This document shows, piece by piece, positions 1 to 6,841 of a stretch of DNA of 17,636 nt. A program made the position numbers and the translations under genes. Positions within the stretch are counted from its first letter, which is position 1. The number at the start of each line of letters is the position of its first letter. This stretch comes from Candidatus Woesearchaeota archaeon (GTDB lineage Archaea; Nanobdellota; Nanobdellia; Woesearchaeales; UBA11576), in the NCBI GenBank assembly GCA_027083015.1, contig JALWQS010000094.1, forward strand, positions 1-17,636, read 5' to 3'. The notes below the pieces were generated by a model. That model was not told the DNA's origin, did no database searches, and saw only the letters and a list, made by a program, of their open reading frames with translations.

Positions 1-11
1 GTGTGTTATCT

Positions 12-755
12 TCAATATTTTATAAAATTATGTATTCTTTTGAGCAGTAACTTCATCCTGGCCGCTGCTCTTAGAAGAAGAGATCCCTTTGCAACAGTAA
101 CTATATAATTTCCAATATCTTTTGCTGATAACATTTGGCTTCTGGCTGGTTGTTTAGCATAGTTGTTAAAGAACTCGGTTTGAACACGTGCGGGAAAAAT
201 AGTGGATACTTTGATTCCTTTTTTCCATAATTCAAGTTTGGCACTTCTTTGGAAACCTGTAACTCCATGTTTTGAAGCACAATATGCGCTGAAACCTGGT
301 GCTCCATAAAGACCCGCTACTGAAGAGACGGTAATTATATGTCCTTTCTTTTTTGACTTCTTACTAATCATGTGCTTGATTGCTTCCCTTGTGCATAAAA
401 AGACGCTCGTAAGGTTTGTATGTATAATATCTGACCAAGCATCAAACGTTATATTATTTATTTTGGCGGGTAGACCTCTGCCTGCATTATTAACTACAAT
501 ATCTATAGTACCAAAACGGTTAATTGCAGCTTTAAAGAGTTTTTTTATATCGGTCTCGGAGGTTACATCAGTCTTCTGGATAATACAATTCTTATTAAAT
601 TTCTTGATGTAAGTCTTTATCTTCAGGAGTTCCTGTTCTCTTCGAGCTGCCATAACAATCTTAGCCCCTTCTCTTGCAAAAGCTATTGAGGCTGCTCTTC
701 CTATGCCGCTGCTTGCTCCTGTCACTATGACAACTTTATCTTTTAACCTGTTCAT
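12..755 (-). CDS. Short-chain dehydrogenase/reductase (classical SDR), 247 aa
   Basis: N-terminal Rossmann motif VTGASSGIG, NNAG motif, catalytic S...YCASK (YxxxK). ATG at 753-755 lies inside the 3' end of the upstream epimerase gene, giving a 20-nt overlap. Confidence 0.93.
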   Translation of the reverse strand: MNRLKDKVVIVTGASSGIGRAASIAFAREGAKIVMAARREQELLKIKTYIKKFNKNCIIQKTDVTSETDIKKLFKAAINRFGTIDIVVNNAGRGLPAKINNITFDAWSDIIHTNLTSVFLCTREAIKHMISKKSKKKGHIITVSSVAGLYGAPGFSAYCASKHGVTGFQRSAKLELWKKGIKVSTIFPARVQTEFFNNYAKQPARSQMLSAKDIGNYIVTVAKGSLLLRAAARMKLLLKRIHNFIKY

Positions 756-1743
756 CTTTAGTCATCCACTTTACAGTATCAATTACAGAATCAGAAAAAG
801 AGATTTTAGGTTTCCATTTAAGTTCCTGTATTGCTTTTGAATTGTCAAAAAATCTATACTTGAATGAAGAATCTATATTATCTGCTGTCAAGTCAAGTCT
901 CTTCCTTGAGATATTCTCAGCTAAGAGCAAAAGATGGAACAGTAATCCGTTCATAAATCTTGGTAACGTAATTTTTGGTGGTTTTACACCAACGTGAGTG
1001 GCTATTATCTTGTTTATTTCTTTGAAAGTGAGATTGTGTCCGCTTAGAAGGTAGCTGCCTTTTCTTACGTTTTTCTCAATAATAGAAATTATCCCTATAG
1101 CTACATCCCTGACATCGATTATGTTTGTACCTCCGGGCATATTAAAAGGTATTCTGCCTGTTTTAATTGCATTCACTAGTTTAGCAGAATTTGTATAATC
1201 GCCAGGACCAAACAAAAGCCCCGGATGAAGGATGACGGCATCAACTCCTTCCTTCTTGATTACACAATCAGCCATGTGTTTTGTGAGCATATAGTATTTT
1301 TTTCTCTTCCTTGCAAGATTCCAATCAAATCTGTAGTCCTCAGTAACTGGATGATCCTTATCATCACTATAACCTAATGCCGCAACAGAACTAACATGTA
1401 TAAATTGTTTGATTCCATTCTCTTTCACTGCGCGCAGTACATTTCTTGTACCATCAACGTTGACTTTCTTGAGCAGTCCTTTATCCTTTAGGGAGAAAGA
1501 TACTATGCCTGCGAGATGTACAACAGTGTCAAAACCAACAAATTCTTCCTTTATCTGCTCATAGACAGTTATATCTTTTCCTATTGCTATATCAACCAAA
1601 CCTTTATGGGTGAATAATGGTCTCGGATGTTCTCTCATATCAAGAACTTTTATCTTTATTGCGGGATATTTTTCTAGAAGAAGTTGAACTAAGTGCTGCC
1701 CTAAAAAACCACAGCCTCCAGTAATTAATATCTTCTTATTCAT
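736..1743 (-). CDS. NAD-dependent epimerase/dehydratase (extended SDR, 3-beta-HSD-like), 335 aa
   Basis: ILITGGCGFLGQHL glycine-rich NAD motif directly after MNKK, and a YMLTK (YxxxK) catalytic motif. I trimmed the ORF-track start (1785) to the ATG at 1741-1743, because family members begin a few residues before the GxxGxxG motif and a TATA-like box lies 23 nt upstream of that ATG. Confidence 0.88.
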   Translation of the reverse strand: MNKKILITGGCGFLGQHLVQLLLEKYPAIKIKVLDMREHPRPLFTHKGLVDIAIGKDITVYEQIKEEFVGFDTVVHLAGIVSFSLKDKGLLKKVNVDGTRNVLRAVKENGIKQFIHVSSVAALGYSDDKDHPVTEDYRFDWNLARKRKKYYMLTKHMADCVIKKEGVDAVILHPGLLFGPGDYTNSAKLVNAIKTGRIPFNMPGGTNIIDVRDVAIGIISIIEKNVRKGSYLLSGHNLTFKEINKIIATHVGVKPPKITLPRFMNGLLFHLLLLAENISRKRLDLTADNIDSSFKYRFFDNSKAIQELKWKPKISFSDSVIDTVKWMTKDEQVKR

Positions 1744-1766
1744 ACAACCTGTCTCCAGATAAAAAC

Positions 1767-1774
1767 ATTTAAAT
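1767..1774. promoter_or_regulatory. Palindromic TATA-like box ATTTAAAT, 23 nt upstream of the epimerase ATG (minus strand)
   Basis: A perfect 8-bp A/T palindrome in the 93-nt divergent intergenic region. The spacing fits an archaeal TATA box for a leaderless transcript. Confidence 0.45.
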
Positions 1775-1788
1775 CTTTTGGGCAATAT

Positions 1789-1796
1789 ATTTAAAT
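1789..1796. promoter_or_regulatory. Second ATTTAAAT box, 40 nt upstream of the PHP-1 ATG (plus strand)
   Basis: Identical palindromic 8-mer 22 bp from the first copy. PHP-1 also has a GAGG Shine-Dalgarno-like element at 1829-1832. Confidence 0.4.
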
Positions 1797-1836
1797 ACTT
1801 TATAGCTGATAAGATTATTATTTAAAAAGAGGCAAA

Positions 1837-2838
1837 ATGGGTCAGGTTTATTTTGAAAAAGATATATTAAACTCCGAACGCTTGAAAAAGTTGCGTGATG
1901 CTGGATACCAAGCTGTCGATATGCATTTTCATTCTCAATATAGTCTTGATGGTCTTTCTAAAATCTGTTCTGTTATGAAGAAATGTGATCAAAATCACTT
2001 TGGTGTTGCAATTACTGATCATAATCAGATAAAAGGCGCTCTGAAAATTAGTAAAAAAAATGTATTTGTCATTCCAGGTATAGAAGTGAGTTGTCATAAT
2101 GGGATTCACGTTTTGCTGCATTTCTATTCATTCACTGCTTTAAAAAGTTTCTACAATGCGACTTTGAAGAAAAGGCTGAAAAATAATCCTTGGTTTATAG
2201 ATCTAGATTATGAAGAACTTATTGATATTGCACGACAACATGAATGCATAGTGACTGCTCCTCACCCTTTTGGACCTGGCTTTTGTGGAATCAAGAAGTG
2301 GGATGTGCCTGATAAGATAATCAAGAAGCTTGATGCTATTGAAGTTATTAACAGTAGCTGCACAAGAGACATGAATAAAAAAGCACTTGCTTGGGCCACA
2401 AAAGCAAGCAAACCTTTTACTGGGGGTTCTGATGGGCATTGTCTTAGTGAACTTGGTAACTGCCTTACTCTGTGCAAAGCAGATACAATACCTGATTTTC
2501 TTGATGAGATTAGGAAAGGCAGATCTATCGTCATCGGTAGAGAAGAACCGATTATTGAAGATGCAGTTCATGCTGTAGGTAAATTTATCGAGGAGGAACA
2601 TTCAGCACCAAGAAAGCTGATAAAAAATATGTGGAAAGATCGTATGTTGCTTGAATGGTTTTATTTAACCAGAAGATTTAGAAAAGGGTTACCCTATTAT
2701 TATCATGCTCATCATAAGGAACCTGATAAAAACATATTAACCAACCATAAATATACTAGACATCTTACTAAATATGTTCATAAAATTAATGATAAAGGAA
2801 GAAGGAGAAAATCCCAAAATGAACCAACAGACCGTTGA
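1837..2838 (+). CDS. PHP-domain metal-dependent phosphoesterase (paralogue 1) with a basic C-terminal extension, 333 aa
   Basis: The PHP metal-ligand pattern is present: DMHFHSQYS (HxH), ITDHN, GIEVS, APHPF, GGSDGH. The last roughly 80 aa (YYYHAHHKEPDK...GRRRKSQ) lie outside the fold. Confidence 0.85.
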   Translation: MGQVYFEKDILNSERLKKLRDAGYQAVDMHFHSQYSLDGLSKICSVMKKCDQNHFGVAITDHNQIKGALKISKKNVFVIPGIEVSCHNGIHVLLHFYSFTALKSFYNATLKKRLKNNPWFIDLDYEELIDIARQHECIVTAPHPFGPGFCGIKKWDVPDKIIKKLDAIEVINSSCTRDMNKKALAWATKASKPFTGGSDGHCLSELGNCLTLCKADTIPDFLDEIRKGRSIVIGREEPIIEDAVHAVGKFIEEEHSAPRKLIKNMWKDRMLLEWFYLTRRFRKGLPYYYHAHHKEPDKNILTNHKYTRHLTKYVHKINDKGRRRKSQNEPTDR

Positions 2839-3379
2839 TCAGTTGGTGAGTGCTCCAAACATTATAAGTTATATGCGTACTCTTCTTATTGTTCCTTTAT
2901 TCTTATTATATCCTAACAAGTGGCTTACAGTGATTATTATCCTATTTGCAGCTCTAAGTGACATGGTAGATGGCTTCTTTCTAAGGCAAGAACACAAAGT
3001 TAGTAATATTAGAATAATCATTGCTGCTGTTTGCGATAAGCTTTTTCTGATTAGCGCAACCTTACTTCTTTTTATAAATCATAGGCTTTCAGAATTTCAG
3101 ATGGTTGTGTTGCTTCTAAGAGATTTCTATGTTACGGGGATTGTTATAATCTTAGTTTTGCTTACTTTGTTTGACAATACCATCAAGAGATTTAGAAGGC
3201 TGCTTCAAATCAGAAGGTCTGGTAAAATAACATCTGTCCTAATTTTTATTTCACTTTTGTGGATTATACTAGAAGTTCCATTCTTTGAATATTACATATT
3301 TCTTGTATTACTATCTTCGGTGATTACCATAGTAGATTATAGTGTTCTTTATGCGAGAGCAATGAGCAAAGTATATTAG
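2819..3379 (+). CDS. CDP-alcohol phosphatidyltransferase-like membrane protein with a degenerate motif, 186 aa
   Basis: Polytopic membrane protein of the size typical for the family. It contains SDMVDGFFLRQ-x8-R-x3-A-x3-DK, compared with the canonical DxxDGxxAR-x8-G-x3-D-x3-D. I chose the ATG at 2819, which is preceded by GAAGGAG, rather than the ORF-track start at 2774. It overlaps the PHP-1 3' end by 20 nt. Confidence 0.6.
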   Translation: MNQQTVDQLVSAPNIISYMRTLLIVPLFLLYPNKWLTVIIILFAALSDMVDGFFLRQEHKVSNIRIIIAAVCDKLFLISATLLLFINHRLSEFQMVVLLLRDFYVTGIVIILVLLTLFDNTIKRFRRLLQIRRSGKITSVLIFISLLWIILEVPFFEYYIFLVLLSSVITIVDYSVLYARAMSKVY

Positions 3380-3563
3380 TGAAGACCAAGTTCGCATGGA
3401 GATTCATTAAGCGTTAAGCGCTACTTTCTAGTGGTATTCTATTTTATATATTTTTCATAGAAACATTTATAATTTCTCTTCGCTAAATAGGCCTTAATTT
3501 TCAGACTCTTTAAGGATCTGTCAAGGATAAGAGGCTAAATCAACAAAAAATAGGTGTGTAAAT

Positions 3564-3944
3564 ATGGCTAAAAAAGCTCAAAAAAAAGAACCCGAACATC
3601 ATAAGGCCAACTTCGTACAAAAGGTGGGAAGCTGGTCATTCATCGCCGGTCTGATCATAGCGATCATCGCAGGTTTCTGGCCGATAGGAGCAGCAGTAAC
3701 GTCCCTGTTGATACTGTTGGGATTGGTCGTAGGAATACTAAACGTGACAGGAAAAGAGATCAATAGTTTCCTGTTCGCAGCACTCGTACTGGTAGTTATG
3801 TCAAGCATGGGAGGACAATTACTAGGCGCGATACAGTTCGTAGGTCCGATGCTTAAATCAGTATTCTCAGCGATGCTTTTGTTTATCATACCAGCAGCAG
3901 TAGTGGTATCACTAAAAGCTATCTGGGCATTAGCAGAAGAATAA
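3564..3944 (+). CDS. Small integral membrane protein, function unknown, 126 aa
   Basis: Basic N-terminus (MAKKAQKKEPEHHK) followed by about four hydrophobic helices. An AGGTG Shine-Dalgarno site lies 7 nt upstream of the ATG. The antisense 129-aa ORF looks like a mirror artefact. Confidence 0.72.
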   Translation: MAKKAQKKEPEHHKANFVQKVGSWSFIAGLIIAIIAGFWPIGAAVTSLLILLGLVVGILNVTGKEINSFLFAALVLVVMSSMGGQLLGAIQFVGPMLKSVFSAMLLFIIPAAVVVSLKAIWALAEE

Positions 3945-3984
3945 TAACAGCGCGATGCAATACGACGATCGGTATAATTACCGA

Positions 3985-4650
3985 TCACCTAAATCTTTTT
4001 ACATCAACTTTATTACACCATCTTTCTATAGCACACTTGCTGCACCAAGGACTGACAGGAACGCAGATGTTCTGACCCCAAGTTACAAGGAGATCATTAT
4101 ATATGATCCAATATTTTTTAGGAAGCTTCTTACGAAGAGCCATCTCAGTCTCAAAAGGGGTCTTGGTCTTAACATAGCCCAAGCGGTTAGAGATCCGGTG
4201 AACATGAGTATCAACACAGATGCCTGGCTTTCCAAAACCCAAAGTAACCACTAGATTAGCAGTCTTTCTTCCCACACCATCAAACTTCAAAAGCTCATCT
4301 ATGTCATCAGGAACCTTACCATCATAGTCCTTGATTATACGACGACTGACCTCTCTGATCTTAGGAGCTTTAGTCTTGTAAAAACCGACAGGATAAATAA
4401 GCTTTTCAATCCTGGAAACAGGAAGTTTAGCCAGCTTTTCAGGAGTAGGAGCTACCTTGAAAAGACGATTAGAAGCTGCAGCAGTCACAGCATCCTTAGT
4501 CCTCAAAGAAAGCATAGTAGAAATCAAAACCTTAAATGGAGAACGAGACCAGGAAATCTCAGTGACAATGGGGATAGATAGGTGCTTAGCCTTGATCTCT
4601 TTTTTCAGTACAGAAATAATATTGTCTATGTTCTTAGAAACTGGTTTCAT
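3985..4650 (-). CDS. nth: Endonuclease III (HhH-GPD DNA glycosylase/AP lyase), 221 aa
   Basis: HhH motif with the catalytic Lys ([11 protein letters not shown]), the catalytic Asp context (VDTHVHR), and a C-terminal 4Fe-4S motif C-x6-C-x2-C-x5-C ([17 protein letters not shown]). Confidence 0.93.
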   Translation of the reverse strand: MKPVSKNIDNIISVLKKEIKAKHLSIPIVTEISWSRSPFKVLISTMLSLRTKDAVTAAASNRLFKVAPTPEKLAKLPVSRIEKLIYPVGFYKTKAPKIREVSRRIIKDYDGKVPDDIDELLKFDGVGRKTANLVVTLGFGKPGICVDTHVHRISNRLGYVKTKTPFETEMALRKKLPKKYWIIYNDLLVTWGQNICVPVSPWCSKCAIERWCNKVDVKRFR

Positions 4651-4681
4651 CTTATCAGCGATCTTATCTTTAATTTAGGCA

Positions 4682-5215
4682 TCAGTATTTGGTATTCAAA
4701 AAAGTGACCGGGTCACCGACATAGATGTTATACTCATCAGACCAACCAGCCGGAACCTCAACGACATATTTTGAAGTGTAAAGACAATTATATAATTCAC
4801 AATTATCATCCTCACAAGGAGGAGCATCCTTAACAATATGAACAACCCTCTTGCCAGAGTTCAACCAGATGATATCAATAGGAAAACTCATATCCTTCAT
4901 CCAAAAGGTGCTGGTACGCTCTCTTTCAAAAACAAACAATAACCCTGTGTTAGGGGCAAGATGATCATACTTAGATAAACCGACCTTACGGCTCTCCTCA
5001 GTATCGGCAATACCTATAAGCTTGACACAACGGCTCTGATCCGCCTTGAAACAAGCCTGAGGTTCACCTCTAACTCTAGGATTCGCTAAAATGGTCGCAG
5101 TTATAATAATTGCTGACACAAGAACCACCAGGATAATAACCCTGGCCAAAGCATTATGCTTCTGTATCAAGTCGCTGAAACTCCTCTTTTCTTTATTACG
5201 AAACCTGTGAGTCAT
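4682..5215 (-). CDS. DUF192 family protein with an N-terminal membrane anchor, 177 aa
   Basis: DUF192-like core (MKDMSFPIDIIWLN...YVVEVPAGW...GD) after one hydrophobic helix. The ORF track starts at a TTG (5227). I prefer the ATG at 5213-5215, which has ATATTAATAA 23 nt upstream. Confidence 0.78.
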   Translation of the reverse strand: MTHRFRNKEKRSFSDLIQKHNALARVIILVVLVSAIIITATILANPRVRGEPQACFKADQSRCVKLIGIADTEESRKVGLSKYDHLAPNTGLLFVFERERTSTFWMKDMSFPIDIIWLNSGKRVVHIVKDAPPCEDDNCELYNCLYTSKYVVEVPAGWSDEYNIYVGDPVTFLNTKY

Positions 5216-5301
5216 AAAGAACTTCAAGTACAGGAGGTTTATTAATATGTCGTTTAAAGCATCAGTTCAGAGCAGAATTTAGGGTCATTGTCATATAGTT
5301 C

Positions 5302-6024
5302 CTATCTCCTGATCCTGGAGCTGATCTTAGATGCCGCACTTCTAAGATGATTTATAGGTTTGGTCTTCTTCTTGCTGATGACACGAACCTTGCCTTTAAG
5401 CACAGCTTCACGGAACGAGTATCTATCATCAAACTCGATCAAAGTATTGCCGATCTCATTCCTGAAATGAGCATCACTGCCGCCGACAATCGGTATCTTA
5501 AACCTCTCAGCAAGTTTGGCAGATAATTCATTATCCTTCTTCAAAAGACAACGAGAATTGAAGACCTCAACAGCGTCGAACTGTCTTAACAGCTCAGGAT
5601 CCACCTTAGCAGATGTTCGGCTCAAAGGCAAGACCTTACTGAGCTTTTCACTTATGAGATTGAACGGGTGCGCAAGAACGACCAAAGCTCCCTGAGACCT
5701 AGCTTCTTCAATCACCCGGTGAATATCGCCTCTCTTGATCTCTTTATTAACATAATAGACGAGCACATGACCAATATCTGTACTGACCTCTTCACCTATG
5801 ATAATCTCAAAATCATCTTTGATCCGGCCTTTGACGCCTTTTTTCTTCGTACGCATCTTATCAACCAACTGTCTGGTCTTAAGAGCGCCTTTGATAGTAT
5901 TATGATCAGTAACAGCAACACCATCAAGATGCAATCGCTGAGCAGTCCTGAGAATATCAAGAGGTTCAAGAGAACTGCAGGAAGAATACTTAGTATGCAG
6001 ATGGATCTCATATCTTCTGACCAT
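5302..6024 (-). CDS. PHP-domain metal-dependent phosphoesterase (paralogue 2), 240 aa
   Basis: IHLHTKYS (HxH), VTDHNTIKGALK, GEEVS, LAHPF, GGSDAH. It shares the TDHNxIKGALK block with paralogue 1. A TATA-like ATTATAAATA lies 20 nt upstream of the ATG on the minus strand. Confidence 0.88.
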   Translation of the reverse strand: MVRRYEIHLHTKYSSCSSLEPLDILRTAQRLHLDGVAVTDHNTIKGALKTRQLVDKMRTKKKGVKGRIKDDFEIIIGEEVSTDIGHVLVYYVNKEIKRGDIHRVIEEARSQGALVVLAHPFNLISEKLSKVLPLSRTSAKVDPELLRQFDAVEVFNSRCLLKKDNELSAKLAERFKIPIVGGSDAHFRNEIGNTLIEFDDRYSFREAVLKGKVRVISKKKTKPINHLRSAASKISSRIRR

Positions 6025-6085
6025 AACACGAAGCAGACCTTTCGTATTTATAATTCTTCCTGGTCAATAATGAGCATCAAGAACT

Positions 6086-6128
6086 AAGATTAAGAGCAAA
6101 GCTTATAAGCTGTATGATTCTTAATCTT
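6086..6128. promoter_or_regulatory. Nested palindrome in the PHP-2/carS divergent intergenic region
   Basis: AAGATTAAGA (6086-6095) and its exact reverse complement TCTTAATCTT (6119-6128) flank the perfect 12-bp palindrome AGCTTATAAGCT (6100-6111). That palindrome contains a TATA-like core. Confidence 0.5.
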
Positions 6129-6173
6129 TACAGATTAACCTTAGTTCAACCTGTTGATCGTCTCTAAAGAAAG

Positions 6174-6731
6174 GTGAGAAAAACGTTATTAGAAAAAATA
6201 ATCATTGCTTTCTGGTTATTAGCACCAGCAGGTCTGGCAAACATGGCGCCAGTGCTTGTAAAAAAGATACCTTTTCTGGAATACCCATTAGATTTCAAAA
6301 AAACATTCAGAAAAAAAAGAATCTTTGGAGCTCATAAGACGTGGCGAGGATTGATAGCAGGTATTCTAGGAGGAATAATGGGGGTCTATCTTCAAAAACT
6401 TCTATACCCTTACATGCAATCTTACTCGTTGATAGATTACTCATCAGTCAACATCTTTGTATTAGGGACTATTTTAGGTCTGGGAGCGCTTGCAGGGGAT
6501 GTAACAGAAAGTTTCTTCAAAAGACAAAACAATATACAACCAGGGCAGTCATGGATACCCTTTGACCAGATAGACTGGGTCTTGGGATCTCTGATCTTCA
6601 TCTCATTCTATATGATACCTGCGATACCTTCCTGGGAGATAGTGCTAACAGCAATAGTGCTTTTCGGTTTGCTCCACCCAACAGTAAACTATCTGGGATA
6701 CTTATTAAAGCTGAAAAAAAATAAGATATAG
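6174..6731 (+). CDS. carS: CDP-archaeol synthase (CDP-2,3-bis-O-geranylgeranyl-sn-glycerol synthase), 185 aa
   Basis: Matches the blocks I recall from CarS/DUF46 family members: PLDFKKTF..KRIFGAHKTWRG, GDVTESFFKRQ, FDQIDW, and C-terminal HPTVNYLGYLLKLK. It has a GTG start at 6174, and an in-frame TAA at 6165 excludes any earlier start. Confidence 0.9.
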   Translation: MRKTLLEKIIIAFWLLAPAGLANMAPVLVKKIPFLEYPLDFKKTFRKKRIFGAHKTWRGLIAGILGGIMGVYLQKLLYPYMQSYSLIDYSSVNIFVLGTILGLGALAGDVTESFFKRQNNIQPGQSWIPFDQIDWVLGSLIFISFYMIPAIPSWEIVLTAIVLFGLLHPTVNYLGYLLKLKKNKI

Positions 6732-6805
6732 ATAATTCAACTCATTAATCCGGTTTCTGATCAACGAGCTATATTACAGTTCGAGCAGATTAAGATAATC
6801 AACCC

Positions 6806-6819
6806 AAAAATATTATAAA
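6806..6819 (+). promoter_or_regulatory. TATA-like box AAAAATATTATAAA, 22 nt upstream of the UPF0182 ATG
   Basis: A/T-rich box at the spacing expected for a leaderless or near-leaderless archaeal transcript. Confidence 0.45.
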
Positions 6820-6841
6820 CTACAGCAACACCAAAGCTTTT

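Noticed and set aside
1744-1785. A 14-codon N-terminal extension of the epimerase ORF (MPKRFKCFYLETGC).
   Set aside because: The family starts a few residues before the GxxGxxG motif. The extension would also run through the TATA-like box in the divergent promoter. The ATG at 1743 is preferred.
1867-2601. Several ORFs inside the PHP-1 gene: three antisense (84, 132 and 90 aa) and one in an alternative plus-strand frame (63 aa).
   Set aside because: All are nested within a gene that has clear PHP motifs. Long spurious ORFs are expected in A/T-poor-stop frames, and I recognised no motifs or start signals in them.
3407-3420. The tandem duplication TTAAGCG-TTAAGCG just downstream of the transferase-like gene.
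   Set aside because: It is only two 7-nt units and has no further copies. A/T-rich T-runs follow it, which explain termination more plausibly. It is too short to call a repeat element.
1-3560. An apparent lower-GC block of about 36%, compared with about 43% downstream, which might suggest a foreign island or an assembly junction near 3.4-3.56 kb.
   Set aside because: The estimate rests on only a handful of hand-counted 60-nt lines, and their scatter (25-58%) is as large as the difference. The genes on both sides are archaeal-type and share paralogues (PHP-1 and PHP-2). A sliding-window GC and codon-usage calculation is needed before anything can be claimed.
3599-3988. A 129-aa ORF on the minus strand, antisense to the 126-aa membrane protein gene.
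   Set aside because: It almost entirely overlaps a plus-strand ORF that has a good AGGTG Shine-Dalgarno site, a basic N-terminus and clean transmembrane helices. The antisense translation is a low-complexity mirror product with no start-site signals.
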